Below, piece by piece: positions 9,402 through 18,894 of a stretch of 64,000 bases of DNA. Positions within the stretch are counted from its first letter, which is position 1. Each line of letters starts with the position of its first letter. Origin of the DNA: Deltaproteobacteria bacterium. GTDB taxonomy: Bacteria > Myxococcota_A > Polyangia > Polyangiales > Houyiibacteriaceae. The DNA lies in assembly GCA_034670305.1 (NCBI GenBank), contig JAXMNT010000017.1:32001-96000 (forward strand), read 5' to 3'. The position numbers were made by a program, and so were the translations under genes. Below the pieces are notes generated by a model, which was not told the origin of the DNA, did not search any database, and worked only from the letters and a program-made list of their open reading frames with translations.

Positions 9402-9950
9402 ATGCGATTCGTTGCGAGTGCGTGTGTGCTGTGTCTCTTCGGAGCGTGCGGGGATGCGCGAACGGCCACCCAGGCCGGCGAGCGCGCCGGGGCGTTGATC
9501 GCGGAGGCGGCCGAAGCTGCAGAAGCCGTGGAGGTGCCCGAGCAAGAGCCATCGGTGGATCCCGAGCCAAGCACGGAAGCCGACGTGCCCTCCGGTCCAA
9601 GCGCCCGTGACGAGACGTACGTCGCGCACGCCATCCCCGTCGAAGCCGGCTACGCGGCGGGCTCGCTCTCGACCTTCGCGGTCTCGATCGAGTCGCAGGG
9701 CGAGTGGCACCTCAACGAACTCTTCCCGTTCTCGCTCGCGGTGGAAGGCGAGGGACTGAACTTCCCGAAGGACACGCTCGCCCAGACGGATGCAGCCGAG
9801 TGGTCGGAGGAGTCGGCGCGGTTCGACGTGCCCTTCACGCCTGTCGCGGGAGAACACGAAGTGCGGGCGACCGTGCGCTTTGCCATGTGCAACCCGACCT
9901 CCTGCGTCCCGAAGACCGCCGAGCTGGCGCTGAACCTCGCGGCGCGCTGA
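9402..9950 (+). CDS. Lipoprotein with DsbD-N-like Ig domain and C-terminal CxxxxC
   Basis: LFGAC lipobox; WHLNxxFP and VRFAMCNPTSC motifs. Confidence 0.7.
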   Translation: MRFVASACVLCLFGACGDARTATQAGERAGALIAEAAEAAEAVEVPEQEPSVDPEPSTEADVPSGPSARDETYVAHAIPVEAGYAAGSLSTFAVSIESQGEWHLNELFPFSLAVEGEGLNFPKDTLAQTDAAEWSEESARFDVPFTPVAGEHEVRATVRFAMCNPTSCVPKTAELALNLAAR

Positions 9951-9953
9951 ACG

Positions 9954-12191
9954 GTGGACATCGACGCCGAACTGGAGAAAGCACGGGCCGCGGTCCGGGA
10001 ACGTTTCGTCGCCGAGAAACGGGTGCTCTCGTTCCGCGAGTTCCTCGAACTCGTCTCCGCGGCACCGGCGCGGCACACCCGCGATGCGTCGCGCTACCTG
10101 CTGGACTGTTTCGAGCACTACGGCTCGTACGAAGTCGCGCGTCCATGGGGCAAGGTGCGTCGCTGGAAACTCTTCGACCTGGCGTTCGACCCCGAACACG
10201 CGGCGCCGAACCGCAGCGACCAACTCATCGGCCAGGAGATCCTGCAGAACGCGGTGTACCGGGCGCTGCAGGGGTTTCGGCGGGAGGGCCGGAGCGACAA
10301 GTTGCTCCTGCTGCACGGACCGAACGGCAGCGCGAAGTCGACGTTCGCCGCGTGTTTGATGCGCGGGCTCGAGGCGTACTCGAGCACCGAAGACGGAGCG
10401 CGCTACCGCTTCTCGTGGATCTTCCCGCGTGGTTCAGACGGCAAGGGCATCGGGTTCAGCACCAAAGGGGACGGCCCGGCACCGGGCGACACCTACGCGC
10501 ATCTCCCTGAGGAGCGCATCGACGCGAAGCTCACCAGCGAGATCCGAGAACATCCACTCTTGCTTCTCCCTCTCGGCGAACGGCGCGCGCTGCTCGATCG
10601 CATGTACGGCGAGCGCGGCATCGATCTCTCGCCGCCGGATTGCCTCTACGACGGGGAACTCGGACACAAGAACCGGCTCATTCTCGACGCGTTGCTGACG
10701 GCCTACCGCGGCGACCTCGGCCGGGTGCTGACGCACGTGCAGGTGGAACGTTGGTACGTCTCCCGCCGCTATCGCGCGGGCGCGGTGACCATCGGTCCGG
10801 AGATGGCCGTCGATGCGCGCGAACGCCAGATCACCGCGGACCGTTCTCTCAGTTCCCTCCCGGCCTCGCTTTCGGCGGTGACGCTCTTCGAGTCGTTCGG
10901 GGAACTCGTCGACGCGCAGGGTGGCCTGGTCGAATACAGCGATCTGCTCAAACGCCCGCTCGATGCGTGGCGGTATCTTCTGCTCGCGATCGAGACCGGC
11001 GAGTTGATGCTGCCGATGAGCAACCTGCCGATCGACTCGGTGCTGCTCGCGAGCTCGAACGAGCTTCATCTGCGCGCGTTTCAAGAACATCCGGAGTACC
11101 AATCCTTCCGCGGCCGTCTGATGCCTCTGCGCGTCGCGTACCTGCGGGACTACGTGCAGGAACAAGGCATCTACGACGCGCAGATCGTGCCGCAGGTGCG
11201 AAGCCATGTGGCGCCGCACACGACGTATGTGGCGGGCCTCTGGGCGATCCTCACGCGGCTGCGGCGTGCTCGGCCCGAGCGGTTCGAGCAGGTCGAACTC
11301 GGTCGGCTGGCAGGAGACCTGACGCCGCTCGAGAAGGCGGATCTCTACGCCACGGCGAAGGTGCCTCGCCGATTCGACGAAGAAGAAGCCAAGGTGCTCG
11401 CGGGCGGCATCCGCGACATCTTCGACGAACCCTCGGGCACGCTCGACTACGAAGGGTTGATCGGCGCCTCGCCGCGCGAGATGCGCATGCTGCTGCTCGA
11501 AGCCGCCTCGGACCCGGGCGAAGCATGTCTCTCGCCAGCGTCCTTGCTCGACCGGATCGAGATCTTCTGCGAACGCGACGACTACGCGTTTCTGCGCACC
11601 GAGACCGACCGCGGCTACCACGACGCGCGCGCGTTCGCTCGCATCGCGCGGGAACGCTGGTTGGATCTGGTGGACGACGAACTGCGCACCGCCACGGGGC
11701 TCGTGGATCAGAACCAGTACCGCGAGCTCTTCGATCGCTACGTGACCCATGTGTCGCACGCGCTCGAGAAGGAGCAGGTGCTCAGCCCCATCACCGGCAA
11801 ACACGTCGACCCGGATGAGGATCTGATGGAGAGCGTGGAGTCGATGCTGGGCGCCAAGGACGCAGATACGTTCCGGCGCGAGTTGATGAGCCGCGTGGCG
11901 GCGTGGGCGATCGACCACCCGGACCAGTCGGTCGACTACGAGCTCCTGTTCCCGCGCTTCATCGAGCGGCTCGAAGAGGCCTACTACAATGAACACGCGA
12001 AGCGGATCGCGGAGCTCGGCCGCGATGTGTTGCGTCTGCTGGAAGGCGAGACCCTGCCGATCGCAGACAACGAAGCCGCGGCCGCGACCCGGGCCCGACT
12101 CGAGTCGTTGGGCTACATGGAAGCGAGCCTGCGTGTGGCGCTCGGTGCATTGCTCAAGGCGCGGTACCCGCAGGGGCAGGTGGGCCGATGA
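9954..12191 (+). CDS. prkA: PrkA/YeaG-family AAA+ serine protein kinase
   Basis: LLLLHGPNGSAKST Walker A; IREHPLLLLP; GLVEYSDLLKRP; GASPREMR. Confidence 0.9.
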   Translation: MDIDAELEKARAAVRERFVAEKRVLSFREFLELVSAAPARHTRDASRYLLDCFEHYGSYEVARPWGKVRRWKLFDLAFDPEHAAPNRSDQLIGQEILQNAVYRALQGFRREGRSDKLLLLHGPNGSAKSTFAACLMRGLEAYSSTEDGARYRFSWIFPRGSDGKGIGFSTKGDGPAPGDTYAHLPEERIDAKLTSEIREHPLLLLPLGERRALLDRMYGERGIDLSPPDCLYDGELGHKNRLILDALLTAYRGDLGRVLTHVQVERWYVSRRYRAGAVTIGPEMAVDARERQITADRSLSSLPASLSAVTLFESFGELVDAQGGLVEYSDLLKRPLDAWRYLLLAIETGELMLPMSNLPIDSVLLASSNELHLRAFQEHPEYQSFRGRLMPLRVAYLRDYVQEQGIYDAQIVPQVRSHVAPHTTYVAGLWAILTRLRRARPERFEQVELGRLAGDLTPLEKADLYATAKVPRRFDEEEAKVLAGGIRDIFDEPSGTLDYEGLIGASPREMRMLLLEAASDPGEACLSPASLLDRIEIFCERDDYAFLRTETDRGYHDARAFARIARERWLDLVDDELRTATGLVDQNQYRELFDRYVTHVSHALEKEQVLSPITGKHVDPDEDLMESVESMLGAKDADTFRRELMSRVAAWAIDHPDQSVDYELLFPRFIERLEEAYYNEHAKRIAELGRDVLRLLEGETLPIADNEAAAATRARLESLGYMEASLRVALGALLKARYPQGQVGR

Positions 12192-12204
12192 CGCGGAGCC
12201 ACCG

Positions 12205-12522
12205 ATGAGGGCGGACCTCGCGCAGGCGACGTTCCGACAGGTCGAGCACCAGCGGCGGGAAGCGGACGCACCCCATCAGATCTGGGAGTGCGTCGCACCG
12301 CTCGGCCACGTGTTCGGCAAGGTGGAGATCTGGACGGGCGAGACGCAGTGGGGCGTGCGCCTCATCGACAGCGCGCCGGACCTGACCGAACCGGAGCTGC
12401 TCACGGTGGTGTCGAACTTCCTCGTCTGGACGCTGAAGTGCCCCGCCGAGACCGTCGAAGTGGTGCTCGCCCGCAGCTACACCAAACACCTGCTCATCCG
12501 CACCGGCCCCGAGTACGTGTAG
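12205..12522 (+). CDS. Small hypothetical protein
   Basis: ATG at 12205 after GGAG, 13 bp after the prkA stop; globular composition. Confidence 0.65.
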   Translation: MRADLAQATFRQVEHQRREADAPHQIWECVAPLGHVFGKVEIWTGETQWGVRLIDSAPDLTEPELLTVVSNFLVWTLKCPAETVEVVLARSYTKHLLIRTGPEYV

Positions 12523-12583
12523 AGAGCGCCAGCTGCGCTGACGCTTTGAGGGGAAGCGGCGGCCGACGCTGTGGCAGGCGGCC

Positions 12584-12770
12584 GCCGGTGCCGAAGCCGA
12601 TGCCGGTGCCGGTGCCGAAGCCGGTGCCGGTGCCGAAGCCGGTGCCGGTGCCGAAGCCGTAGCCGAAGCCGAAGCCGTAGCCGATGCCGATGCCGAAGCC
12701 GATGCCGAAGCCGATGCCGAAGCCGAAGCCGGTGCCGATGCCGATGCCGAAGCCGATGCCGGTACCGATG
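12584..12770. repeat. Hexamer tract B: (GCCGAA/GCCGAT/GCCGGT)n
   Basis: Direct reading; between convergent stops 12522 and 12784. Confidence 0.95.
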
Positions 12771-12783
12771 GCTCAGGTTCCGT

Positions 12784-14256
12784 TCAGGAGTCCTTCCACG
12801 CAGTGTGGAGCCGGAACGGGAGGTGGTTCGGCATCGCGCACCGCGCGCGGGTCTCCAGGGTGCGGGCGTCGGTCACGGCGACGAAGGTCTCGTGGGTGCG
12901 CGCGTCGTAGACGTGGGTGAGCAGCCAGCCGGCGTCTTCGTCCGTGCCGAGGGCGGCGTCGGGGACGAACGTCGGCTGGCCGAGGAAGGTGTCGCGCCCG
13001 AAGTCGACCATCGACGATTGGTTGCGCTCTACGTCGTACTTGGCGAGGCGGTCCTGCATGCCGCGGGTCGTCGCTTCGATGTCTTGGTGCGCGGCGAGGT
13101 AGACGTATCGGTGAGACGCGCCAGCGACGGCGGGATGGATCTCCGGGAAGTCGCAGGGGTGGTTCCAGAGCGTCTCGAACGCGACCTCTCCGGCTTGAAT
13201 CGTCGCCCGGGTGAGCGCACCCCAGCACTCGAAGAGCGGCTCGCCGGTGTAGACGCGCCGAAGCCACTCGTTGCTGCCGAAGTTCGGGTAGCGGCAGAAG
13301 TCGATCACGATCTGGCCCCCGTGCTCGAACGCGTTCGCGAAGTGCCACTGGTAGAACGGCTCACACCGGAAACGGGTCTGGCGCTCGGGGGCGTCGATCG
13401 GGACGATGACGACTTCGGTCCCGCGCTCGGGTTCCCACGCCAGGCTCTCGTCGAACCCGGACAGACCGAGCAGCGCCGGGAGCAGCCGCAAGCGCAGCGG
13501 TGAGATGAAGAAGATCAGGTGGTCTTGGGTCGCGGCGAAGTCGTGCACCATGCCGAGCGGAGAGACCGGCACGCCGCCGAAACGGCGGGGCGGCAGGGCG
13601 GGGTCGTCCGGGAGTTCGAACAGATCGAGCACGCTCTTCGGTCCCGGGCAGATGCCAAAATTGTAGGCGGCCTTTCGTGCGGGCACGTGGTGCGGGTGGG
13701 CGGAGAACCCCATGCGCACGACGTCGTCGAAGGCGCCGGTCCCGATCGTCTCGAGCGTGACCGGATCGATCTCGGTGGGCAGGCCCGCTTCCCACAACGC
13801 GAACAGTCGGCCGCCCCGGACCATCATCGCCGTGTTCGCCACGTTCTTGCCGCGCTTGCCCGGCGCCCGGAAGAACAGGGACGCATCGAACCGGCGCCGG
13901 TACCCGCCGTAGATCATCCGTCCTGCGGTTTGTTCCGCGCGCAGCCCAGCGCTCTGCACCAGCCGCACGGCCCCATGCGCGGCTCCGTCTCCGAAGTGGA
14001 CGGCGCTGACCGCGCCATCCCCGTCGAACCAGTGCGCGTACGACTCTCCGAACAAGCGGGTCTTGCTCGGGCCTGTCGCGTAGAGCGCGCCCCGCAAGCT
14101 GGGCGGCACCGAACCTTCGATGCGCAGGGGCAGCGGCCCGTGTTCGACCTCGAGGGACTCGAAGGCGCGCCGACAGCGGAGGCGCTGCGGCGCGTGCCGG
14201 TCTGCGGACGCCCCGAGGACGCGCGCAATGCTGCTCGAGCTGGTCGACCCATCCAT
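12784..14256 (-). CDS. Carotenoid oxygenase (RPE65/CCD/lignostilbene dioxygenase family)
   Basis: HWFDGDG; NVANT; ALWEAG; four Fe-ligand His motifs FSAHP, MVHDF, WHFANAFE, LH near the C-terminus. Confidence 0.93.
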   Translation of the reverse strand: MDGSTSSSSIARVLGASADRHAPQRLRCRRAFESLEVEHGPLPLRIEGSVPPSLRGALYATGPSKTRLFGESYAHWFDGDGAVSAVHFGDGAAHGAVRLVQSAGLRAEQTAGRMIYGGYRRRFDASLFFRAPGKRGKNVANTAMMVRGGRLFALWEAGLPTEIDPVTLETIGTGAFDDVVRMGFSAHPHHVPARKAAYNFGICPGPKSVLDLFELPDDPALPPRRFGGVPVSPLGMVHDFAATQDHLIFFISPLRLRLLPALLGLSGFDESLAWEPERGTEVVIVPIDAPERQTRFRCEPFYQWHFANAFEHGGQIVIDFCRYPNFGSNEWLRRVYTGEPLFECWGALTRATIQAGEVAFETLWNHPCDFPEIHPAVAGASHRYVYLAAHQDIEATTRGMQDRLAKYDVERNQSSMVDFGRDTFLGQPTFVPDAALGTDEDAGWLLTHVYDARTHETFVAVTDARTLETRARCAMPNHLPFRLHTAWKDS

Positions 14257-14384
14257 GTGCCGAGGGTGCCAGACGTCGGGGTTCGGATCGATGGCTCGGA
14301 AGGTCCGGCCTCGAATCCGGTGGAACAAGCGCCGGATCGACCGCGCTCGGATCGACGCCGCCGGGTTTTGCGGTAGTCCACTGG

Positions 14385-15116
14385 ATGCCCGTCGAACTGC
14401 ACGTCAACGTCGATCACGTCGCAACCCTGCGCCAGGCCCGCGGGACCAAGTACCCCGATCCAGTGCACGCGGCGATTCAGTGCGAGCTGGCGGGCGCGCA
14501 CGGCATCACCGTGCACCTGCGCGAGGACCGTCGGCACATTCAGGACCGCGACGTGCGGGTGTTGCGCGAAGTCGTCACCACGCGACTCAACCTCGAGATG
14601 GCCGCGACCGAGGAGATGCTGCGCATCGCTCTCGAGACCGCGCCGGATCTCGTCACGCTCGTGCCCGAGAAACGTGAAGAGCAGACGACCGAAGGTGGAC
14701 TCGACGTCGTGGCACACCAGAAGTCCCTGAAGCCGCTCATCGCAGCGCTCCTCGAAGCCAACATTCCGACCAGCTTGTTCGTCGATCCGGACGCGCGGCA
14801 GATCGACGCCGCGGTGGCGCTCGGCGCCGCCACGGTGGAGCTGCACACGGGCGACTACGCGAACGCCCAAGGCGGCGCGCTCGAGAAGGAGCTGCAGCGG
14901 CTGGCCGACGCCGCCGAACATGCGGAGGGGCACCCGCTCATCGTGGCGGCCGGACACGGGTTGACCGTTCGCAACCTCGCGGACCTGTTGGTCGAAGCGC
15001 CGCCGATCGCGGAACTCAACATTGGGCACGCGCTGGTGTCCGACGCGGTGTTCTACGGCCTCGAGGGTGCGGTGCAGCGGTTTCTCGACGCCATCGCCGA
15101 CGGGGAAGCGGAGTAG
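14385..15116 (+). CDS. pdxJ: Pyridoxine 5'-phosphate synthase
   Basis: VNVDHVATLRQAR; ITVHLREDRRHI; TTEGGLD; ELHTG; AGHGL; ELNIGH. Confidence 0.98.
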   Translation: MPVELHVNVDHVATLRQARGTKYPDPVHAAIQCELAGAHGITVHLREDRRHIQDRDVRVLREVVTTRLNLEMAATEEMLRIALETAPDLVTLVPEKREEQTTEGGLDVVAHQKSLKPLIAALLEANIPTSLFVDPDARQIDAAVALGAATVELHTGDYANAQGGALEKELQRLADAAEHAEGHPLIVAAGHGLTVRNLADLLVEAPPIAELNIGHALVSDAVFYGLEGAVQRFLDAIADGEAE

Positions 15117-15120
15117 AACG

Positions 15121-16653
15121 ATGACGTTGCCGCTTTGCACCCGCGCTCAGTCGACCGCCTTCGACGCCGCCGCGATCGACGCCGGCGTGCCCGGCATCGT
15201 GTTGATGGAGAACGCCGGCCGGGGCGCCGCGGAAGTGGTGCGCGCGGAGCTCGATCGGTTGCCGGCGGGCAGACACGAAGTCGTGTGCATCGGTGGCACC
15301 GGCAACAACGGCGGCGACGCGTGGGTGGTGGCGCGGCATCTGGTGCGGCAGCAACTGAAGGTGCGGGCGATCCTCGTTGGTTCGAGCTCGGCGCTCACCG
15401 GCGATGCGTCGATCGCGTTCGAGGCCCTGCGTGCGGTCGGCGTCGAGGTGCGCGAAGTGGCGCCTGGTCCCATCCCACTCGACGGCGCGTCGCTGATCGT
15501 CGACGGCCTCTTCGGCACCGGCCTCTCGCGTCCGATCGAAGGCGGCTTCGCGGAGGTGGTGGAGTCGATCGTCCGGGCGGCTGGAGACGGGACGCACGTC
15601 GTGGCGCTGGATCTCCCGAGCGGCGTCGACGCCGACACCGGTCAGGTGCTCGGGGTCGCCGTGCGCGCCGACTGCACCGTGACCTTCGCGGCGCGCAAAC
15701 GTGGCCTCACCCAATACCCGGGACGCGCGCTCGCCGGCCGCGTGGTCGTGGCCGACATCGGTGTGCCCGCGCCCATCGTCGACCAAGCCTCGATCATCGA
15801 GGACAGCGATCTGATGCGCTGGGTCCCGGCGCGTGCCGCCGACGCCCACAAAGGCATCGCGGGTCGGGTGCTCGTCGCGGGGGGCAGCCCAGGCAAAACC
15901 GGTGCGGGCATCCTGGCGGGGTGGGGTGCGCTTCGCGGCGGGGCCGGCCTCGTGACCATCGCGACCAAAGCGCAGGCCGCCATCGACGCGAAGGTCGTCG
16001 AGCTCATGACCCGTCCGCTCGGAAGCGCCGAAGAGCTGCTCGAGCAGATCGACCAACACGACGCCGCGGTGATCGGACCGGGTCTCGGGCTCAGCGCGAA
16101 CAGCGCCGACCGGGTGCGCGAAGCACTGACGAGTGAGACCCCATTGGTCTTGGACGCCGACGCCCTGACCCACATCGCCAAACTCGGGGAGGGCGGCTTC
16201 GCGCTCCTCAAGAACGCCACTGCGATTCGTGTACTGACGCCGCATCCGGGAGAAGCGGCACGGCTGCTCGGCACGACGTCGGCGGAAGTGCAGGCGGACC
16301 GATTCGGCGCGGCCGAGACACTGGCGCAGAAGTGCGGTCAGGTGGTGTTGCTCAAGGGCGCGGGCAGCATCGTCGTCGATCCGCGATCGGACCATTGCCG
16401 GGTCTGCGTGGCCGGCACGCCCGCGCTTGCGGTCGGAGGCACCGGCGACGTGCTCGCCGGGCTGGTGGGCGCGCTGCTCGCGTGTGGCGTGTCTGCGTAC
16501 GATGCGGCGAGCGCTGCCGCGCAGCTGTGTGCGCGCGCCGGGGAACTCGCCGCGGTGGGGGATCGGGGTGTGCGGGCGCGCGAAGTCGCCGACCGGATCC
16601 CGCACGTGCTCGCCGCGGTGTTGTCTCGGGGATCTCAGGCGGCGGCGACGTAG
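15121..16653 (+). CDS. nnr: Bifunctional NAD(P)H-hydrate epimerase/dehydratase
   Basis: LMENAG, GNNGGD, DGLFGTG, DLPSG (YjeF-N); HKG, LDADAL, LTPHPGE, GGTGDVLAG (NnrD). Confidence 0.95.
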   Translation: MTLPLCTRAQSTAFDAAAIDAGVPGIVLMENAGRGAAEVVRAELDRLPAGRHEVVCIGGTGNNGGDAWVVARHLVRQQLKVRAILVGSSSALTGDASIAFEALRAVGVEVREVAPGPIPLDGASLIVDGLFGTGLSRPIEGGFAEVVESIVRAAGDGTHVVALDLPSGVDADTGQVLGVAVRADCTVTFAARKRGLTQYPGRALAGRVVVADIGVPAPIVDQASIIEDSDLMRWVPARAADAHKGIAGRVLVAGGSPGKTGAGILAGWGALRGGAGLVTIATKAQAAIDAKVVELMTRPLGSAEELLEQIDQHDAAVIGPGLGLSANSADRVREALTSETPLVLDADALTHIAKLGEGGFALLKNATAIRVLTPHPGEAARLLGTTSAEVQADRFGAAETLAQKCGQVVLLKGAGSIVVDPRSDHCRVCVAGTPALAVGGTGDVLAGLVGALLACGVSAYDAASAAAQLCARAGELAAVGDRGVRAREVADRIPHVLAAVLSRGSQAAAT

Positions 16654-17270
16654 CCTTCCTGCTCGGCGTAGTCGCGGAGCTTGGCGGAGAGCGCGCGGCG
16701 CCCGCGGTGCAGCCGGGACATCACGGTGCCCACCGGACAGCCAATGGCGTCCGCGGCTTCTTTGTAGGAGCGGCCCTGGAGGTCGACCATCACGACGACC
16801 TGGCGGAAGGCATCCGGCAGGTCTTCCAGCGCGCATTTGACCTCGTCCCCGACCAGGGCGAGCGCCGGACGTTTGGCTTCGAGGCTGGCCTCTCCGCGGG
16901 ACCAGTGCGGATCGCGGACGGTTTCGACCCGGACCTGGGCGAGGATCTCGCGTTCGCGCTTCTTGCGGCGGTAGCCGTTGACGAAGGTGTTGAAGAGGAT
17001 CCGGTGCATCCAAGCGCGGGCGTTGGTGCCTTCTTCGAAGCGGTCCCAGAAGGCCCAGGCGCGGGTCATGGCTTCTTGGAGGACGTCGTCGGCGTCCGAG
17101 CGACTGCGCGTGAGCCGCACCGCGGCGCCGTAGAGTTCGTCGAGGTAGGGGCTCACCGCCGCCTGGAACTCGGCGCGGGTGCGCTCGGCGGAGCGGGGGG
17201 TGTCGGTCTGGGGGCGCTGGGTCTGGGGGCGCTGGGTGCGCGCTTGGGGTGACTGGCTCGAATCGGTCAT
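16635..17270 (-). CDS. ECF sigma-70 factor
   Basis: DADDVLQE, FEEGTNARAWMHRILFN, SYKEAADAIGCPVGTVMSRLHRGR; 3' end overlaps the nnr 3' end. Confidence 0.93.
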   Translation of the reverse strand: MTDSSQSPQARTQRPQTQRPQTDTPRSAERTRAEFQAAVSPYLDELYGAAVRLTRSRSDADDVLQEAMTRAWAFWDRFEEGTNARAWMHRILFNTFVNGYRRKKREREILAQVRVETVRDPHWSRGEASLEAKRPALALVGDEVKCALEDLPDAFRQVVVMVDLQGRSYKEAADAIGCPVGTVMSRLHRGRRALSAKLRDYAEQEGYVAAA

Positions 17271-17556
17271 TGGAAGTCCTCCGGAGGACAACAGAGCAAG
17301 TCGGGTGCCAGGCCATGAACCTCCGAAAATACCGGAGTTTTCGTGTCCACGACCGCCTCGACCCGCCACGCTGTCCTCTCTCGTCCACATCGTCGTGTCA
17401 GGGTGTCAGCGCCGGCCCTCGGGTCCACGAAGCGGCGTTCGGAGCCGAACTGCGTGGGTGGGTGCGCCATGGAAGAGACAGTCGCAGCGAGATGTGGCGG
17501 AAATGCGGCGGCGGGGCGGAGAGGGGGAGGAGGTTGCGGAGCTGCGCAAGCAGCTC

Positions 17557-17750
17557 CCCTTGCCCGTGCCCTTGCCCGTGCCCTTGTCCTTGGTTCTCGT
17601 GCGGGGCCGGTTTCCCGAAGCCGAAGCCGATGCCGATGCCGATGCCGAAGCCGATGCCGATGCCGAAGCCCAAAGCCGAAGCCCGAAGCCCGAAGCCGAA
17701 GACGAAGCCAGGACGGCGGGCAAGGGCACGGGCACGGGCACGGGCAAGGG
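17557..17750. repeat. Composite tract C: (CCCKTG)5 arm, (GCCGAW)n core, (CAMGGG)5 arm forming 30-bp inverted repeats
   Basis: 17557-17586 is the reverse complement of 17721-17750 at 29 of 30 positions. Confidence 0.93.
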
Positions 17751-17793
17751 TCCTACCAGGGGCCTCTTCGTGGTCCCTGGTAGGATGCGCGGC

Positions 17794-18765
17794 ATGTACC
17801 GCGAGAACGCTGGGCCTTCGGAGAACGTTTGGACCGTAGATGCCGCGCGCGTGGAGGCGGCGGTGGCGGTGGTGCGCAAACACCTGCTCGTGACGCCCCT
17901 GGTGCCGGCGCCGAGTGTGCATCCGCGGGTGTGGCTCAAACTCGAGACCAAGCAGCTCACCGGCTCGTTCAAAGTGCGCGGTGCGCTCGTACGGCTCTCG
18001 TTGATCCCGGCGGACCAGCGTGCGGCGGGCATCGTCACCGCGTCGGCCGGCAACCATGGGCTCGGCATCGCGTTCGCCGGGCGGGTGCTCGGGGTGCGGG
18101 CGCGGGTGTTCGTTCCGAAACACACTCCGGCGATCAAACGCAACGGCATCGCCGCGAGCGGGGCCGAGGTGATCGTCACCGAGTGCGCCGGCTACGACGA
18201 GACCGAGATGCTCGCGCGCACGGTCGCGGAGGAGGAAGGTGTGCCCTTCGTCTCGCCCTACGACGACCCGGACGTGGCCGCGGGCAACGGAGGCACGGTG
18301 GGGCGTGAGATCTTCGATGCGGTCACCGGCGTCGACGCGCTCGTCTGTCCGGTCGGCGGCGGCGGTCTCATCGCAGGTCTCGCCGCAGCACGGGATGCGT
18401 GGTCGCCGAAGACGGCGCTCATCGGGGTCAATGCGGAAGCCTCGCCTGGCATGCTGCGCAGCGTCCAAGAGGGACGGGCGCTCGACAGCCTCGAACCGGT
18501 GGAGACCCTCGCCGAGGGACTCGAGGGCGGGGTGTGTCCGTCCACCTTCGCTGCGGTCCTCGCGGCGAAGGTGGAGATGAAAGCCGTCGACGAAGCGTCG
18601 ATCGCCGACGCGATGCGTTTCGCGAAGACCATGCTCGGCGAGGTCGTGGAAGGCAGCGGCGCGGTCGGCATCGCCTGGGCGCGCGCCCACGCGGACTCGG
18701 TGCCAGGCACCGGCAACATCGTCGTGGTCGCCACCGGCCGCAACGTCGACCGCATACCCGACTGA
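17794..18765 (+). CDS. PLP-dependent threonine/serine dehydratase-family protein
   Basis: LKLETKQLTGSFKVRG; ASAGNHG; PVGGGGL; VEGSGA. Confidence 0.92.
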   Translation: MYRENAGPSENVWTVDAARVEAAVAVVRKHLLVTPLVPAPSVHPRVWLKLETKQLTGSFKVRGALVRLSLIPADQRAAGIVTASAGNHGLGIAFAGRVLGVRARVFVPKHTPAIKRNGIAASGAEVIVTECAGYDETEMLARTVAEEEGVPFVSPYDDPDVAAGNGGTVGREIFDAVTGVDALVCPVGGGGLIAGLAAARDAWSPKTALIGVNAEASPGMLRSVQEGRALDSLEPVETLAEGLEGGVCPSTFAAVLAAKVEMKAVDEASIADAMRFAKTMLGEVVEGSGAVGIAWARAHADSVPGTGNIVVVATGRNVDRIPD

Positions 18766-18828
18766 TTAACTCGTCAAACTTCTGTGAGTCACGCTGCGCG
18801 CAGCCTCACGACCGAACCAGCAACCGAC

Positions 18829-18856
18829 TTGACCCCTGATATTTCAGGGCCATAGT
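18829..18856 (+). promoter_or_regulatory. Candidate sigma-70 promoter of moeB with a palindromic operator in the spacer
   Basis: TTGACC-16 bp-CATAGT; CCCTGA-TATT-TCAGGG palindrome at 18834-18849. Confidence 0.5.
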
Positions 18857-18894
18857 TCAATCCCCGGTTTTCCGACCGAATAGGAGCGACAAAG

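Noticed and set aside
12584-12770. Hexamer tracts as CRISPR arrays
   Set aside because: No repeat-spacer alternation, no 25-45-bp repeat unit and no cas genes
14385-16653. acpS absent between pdxJ and nnr
   Set aside because: Ordinary gene-order variation; the 4-bp gap shows no remnant
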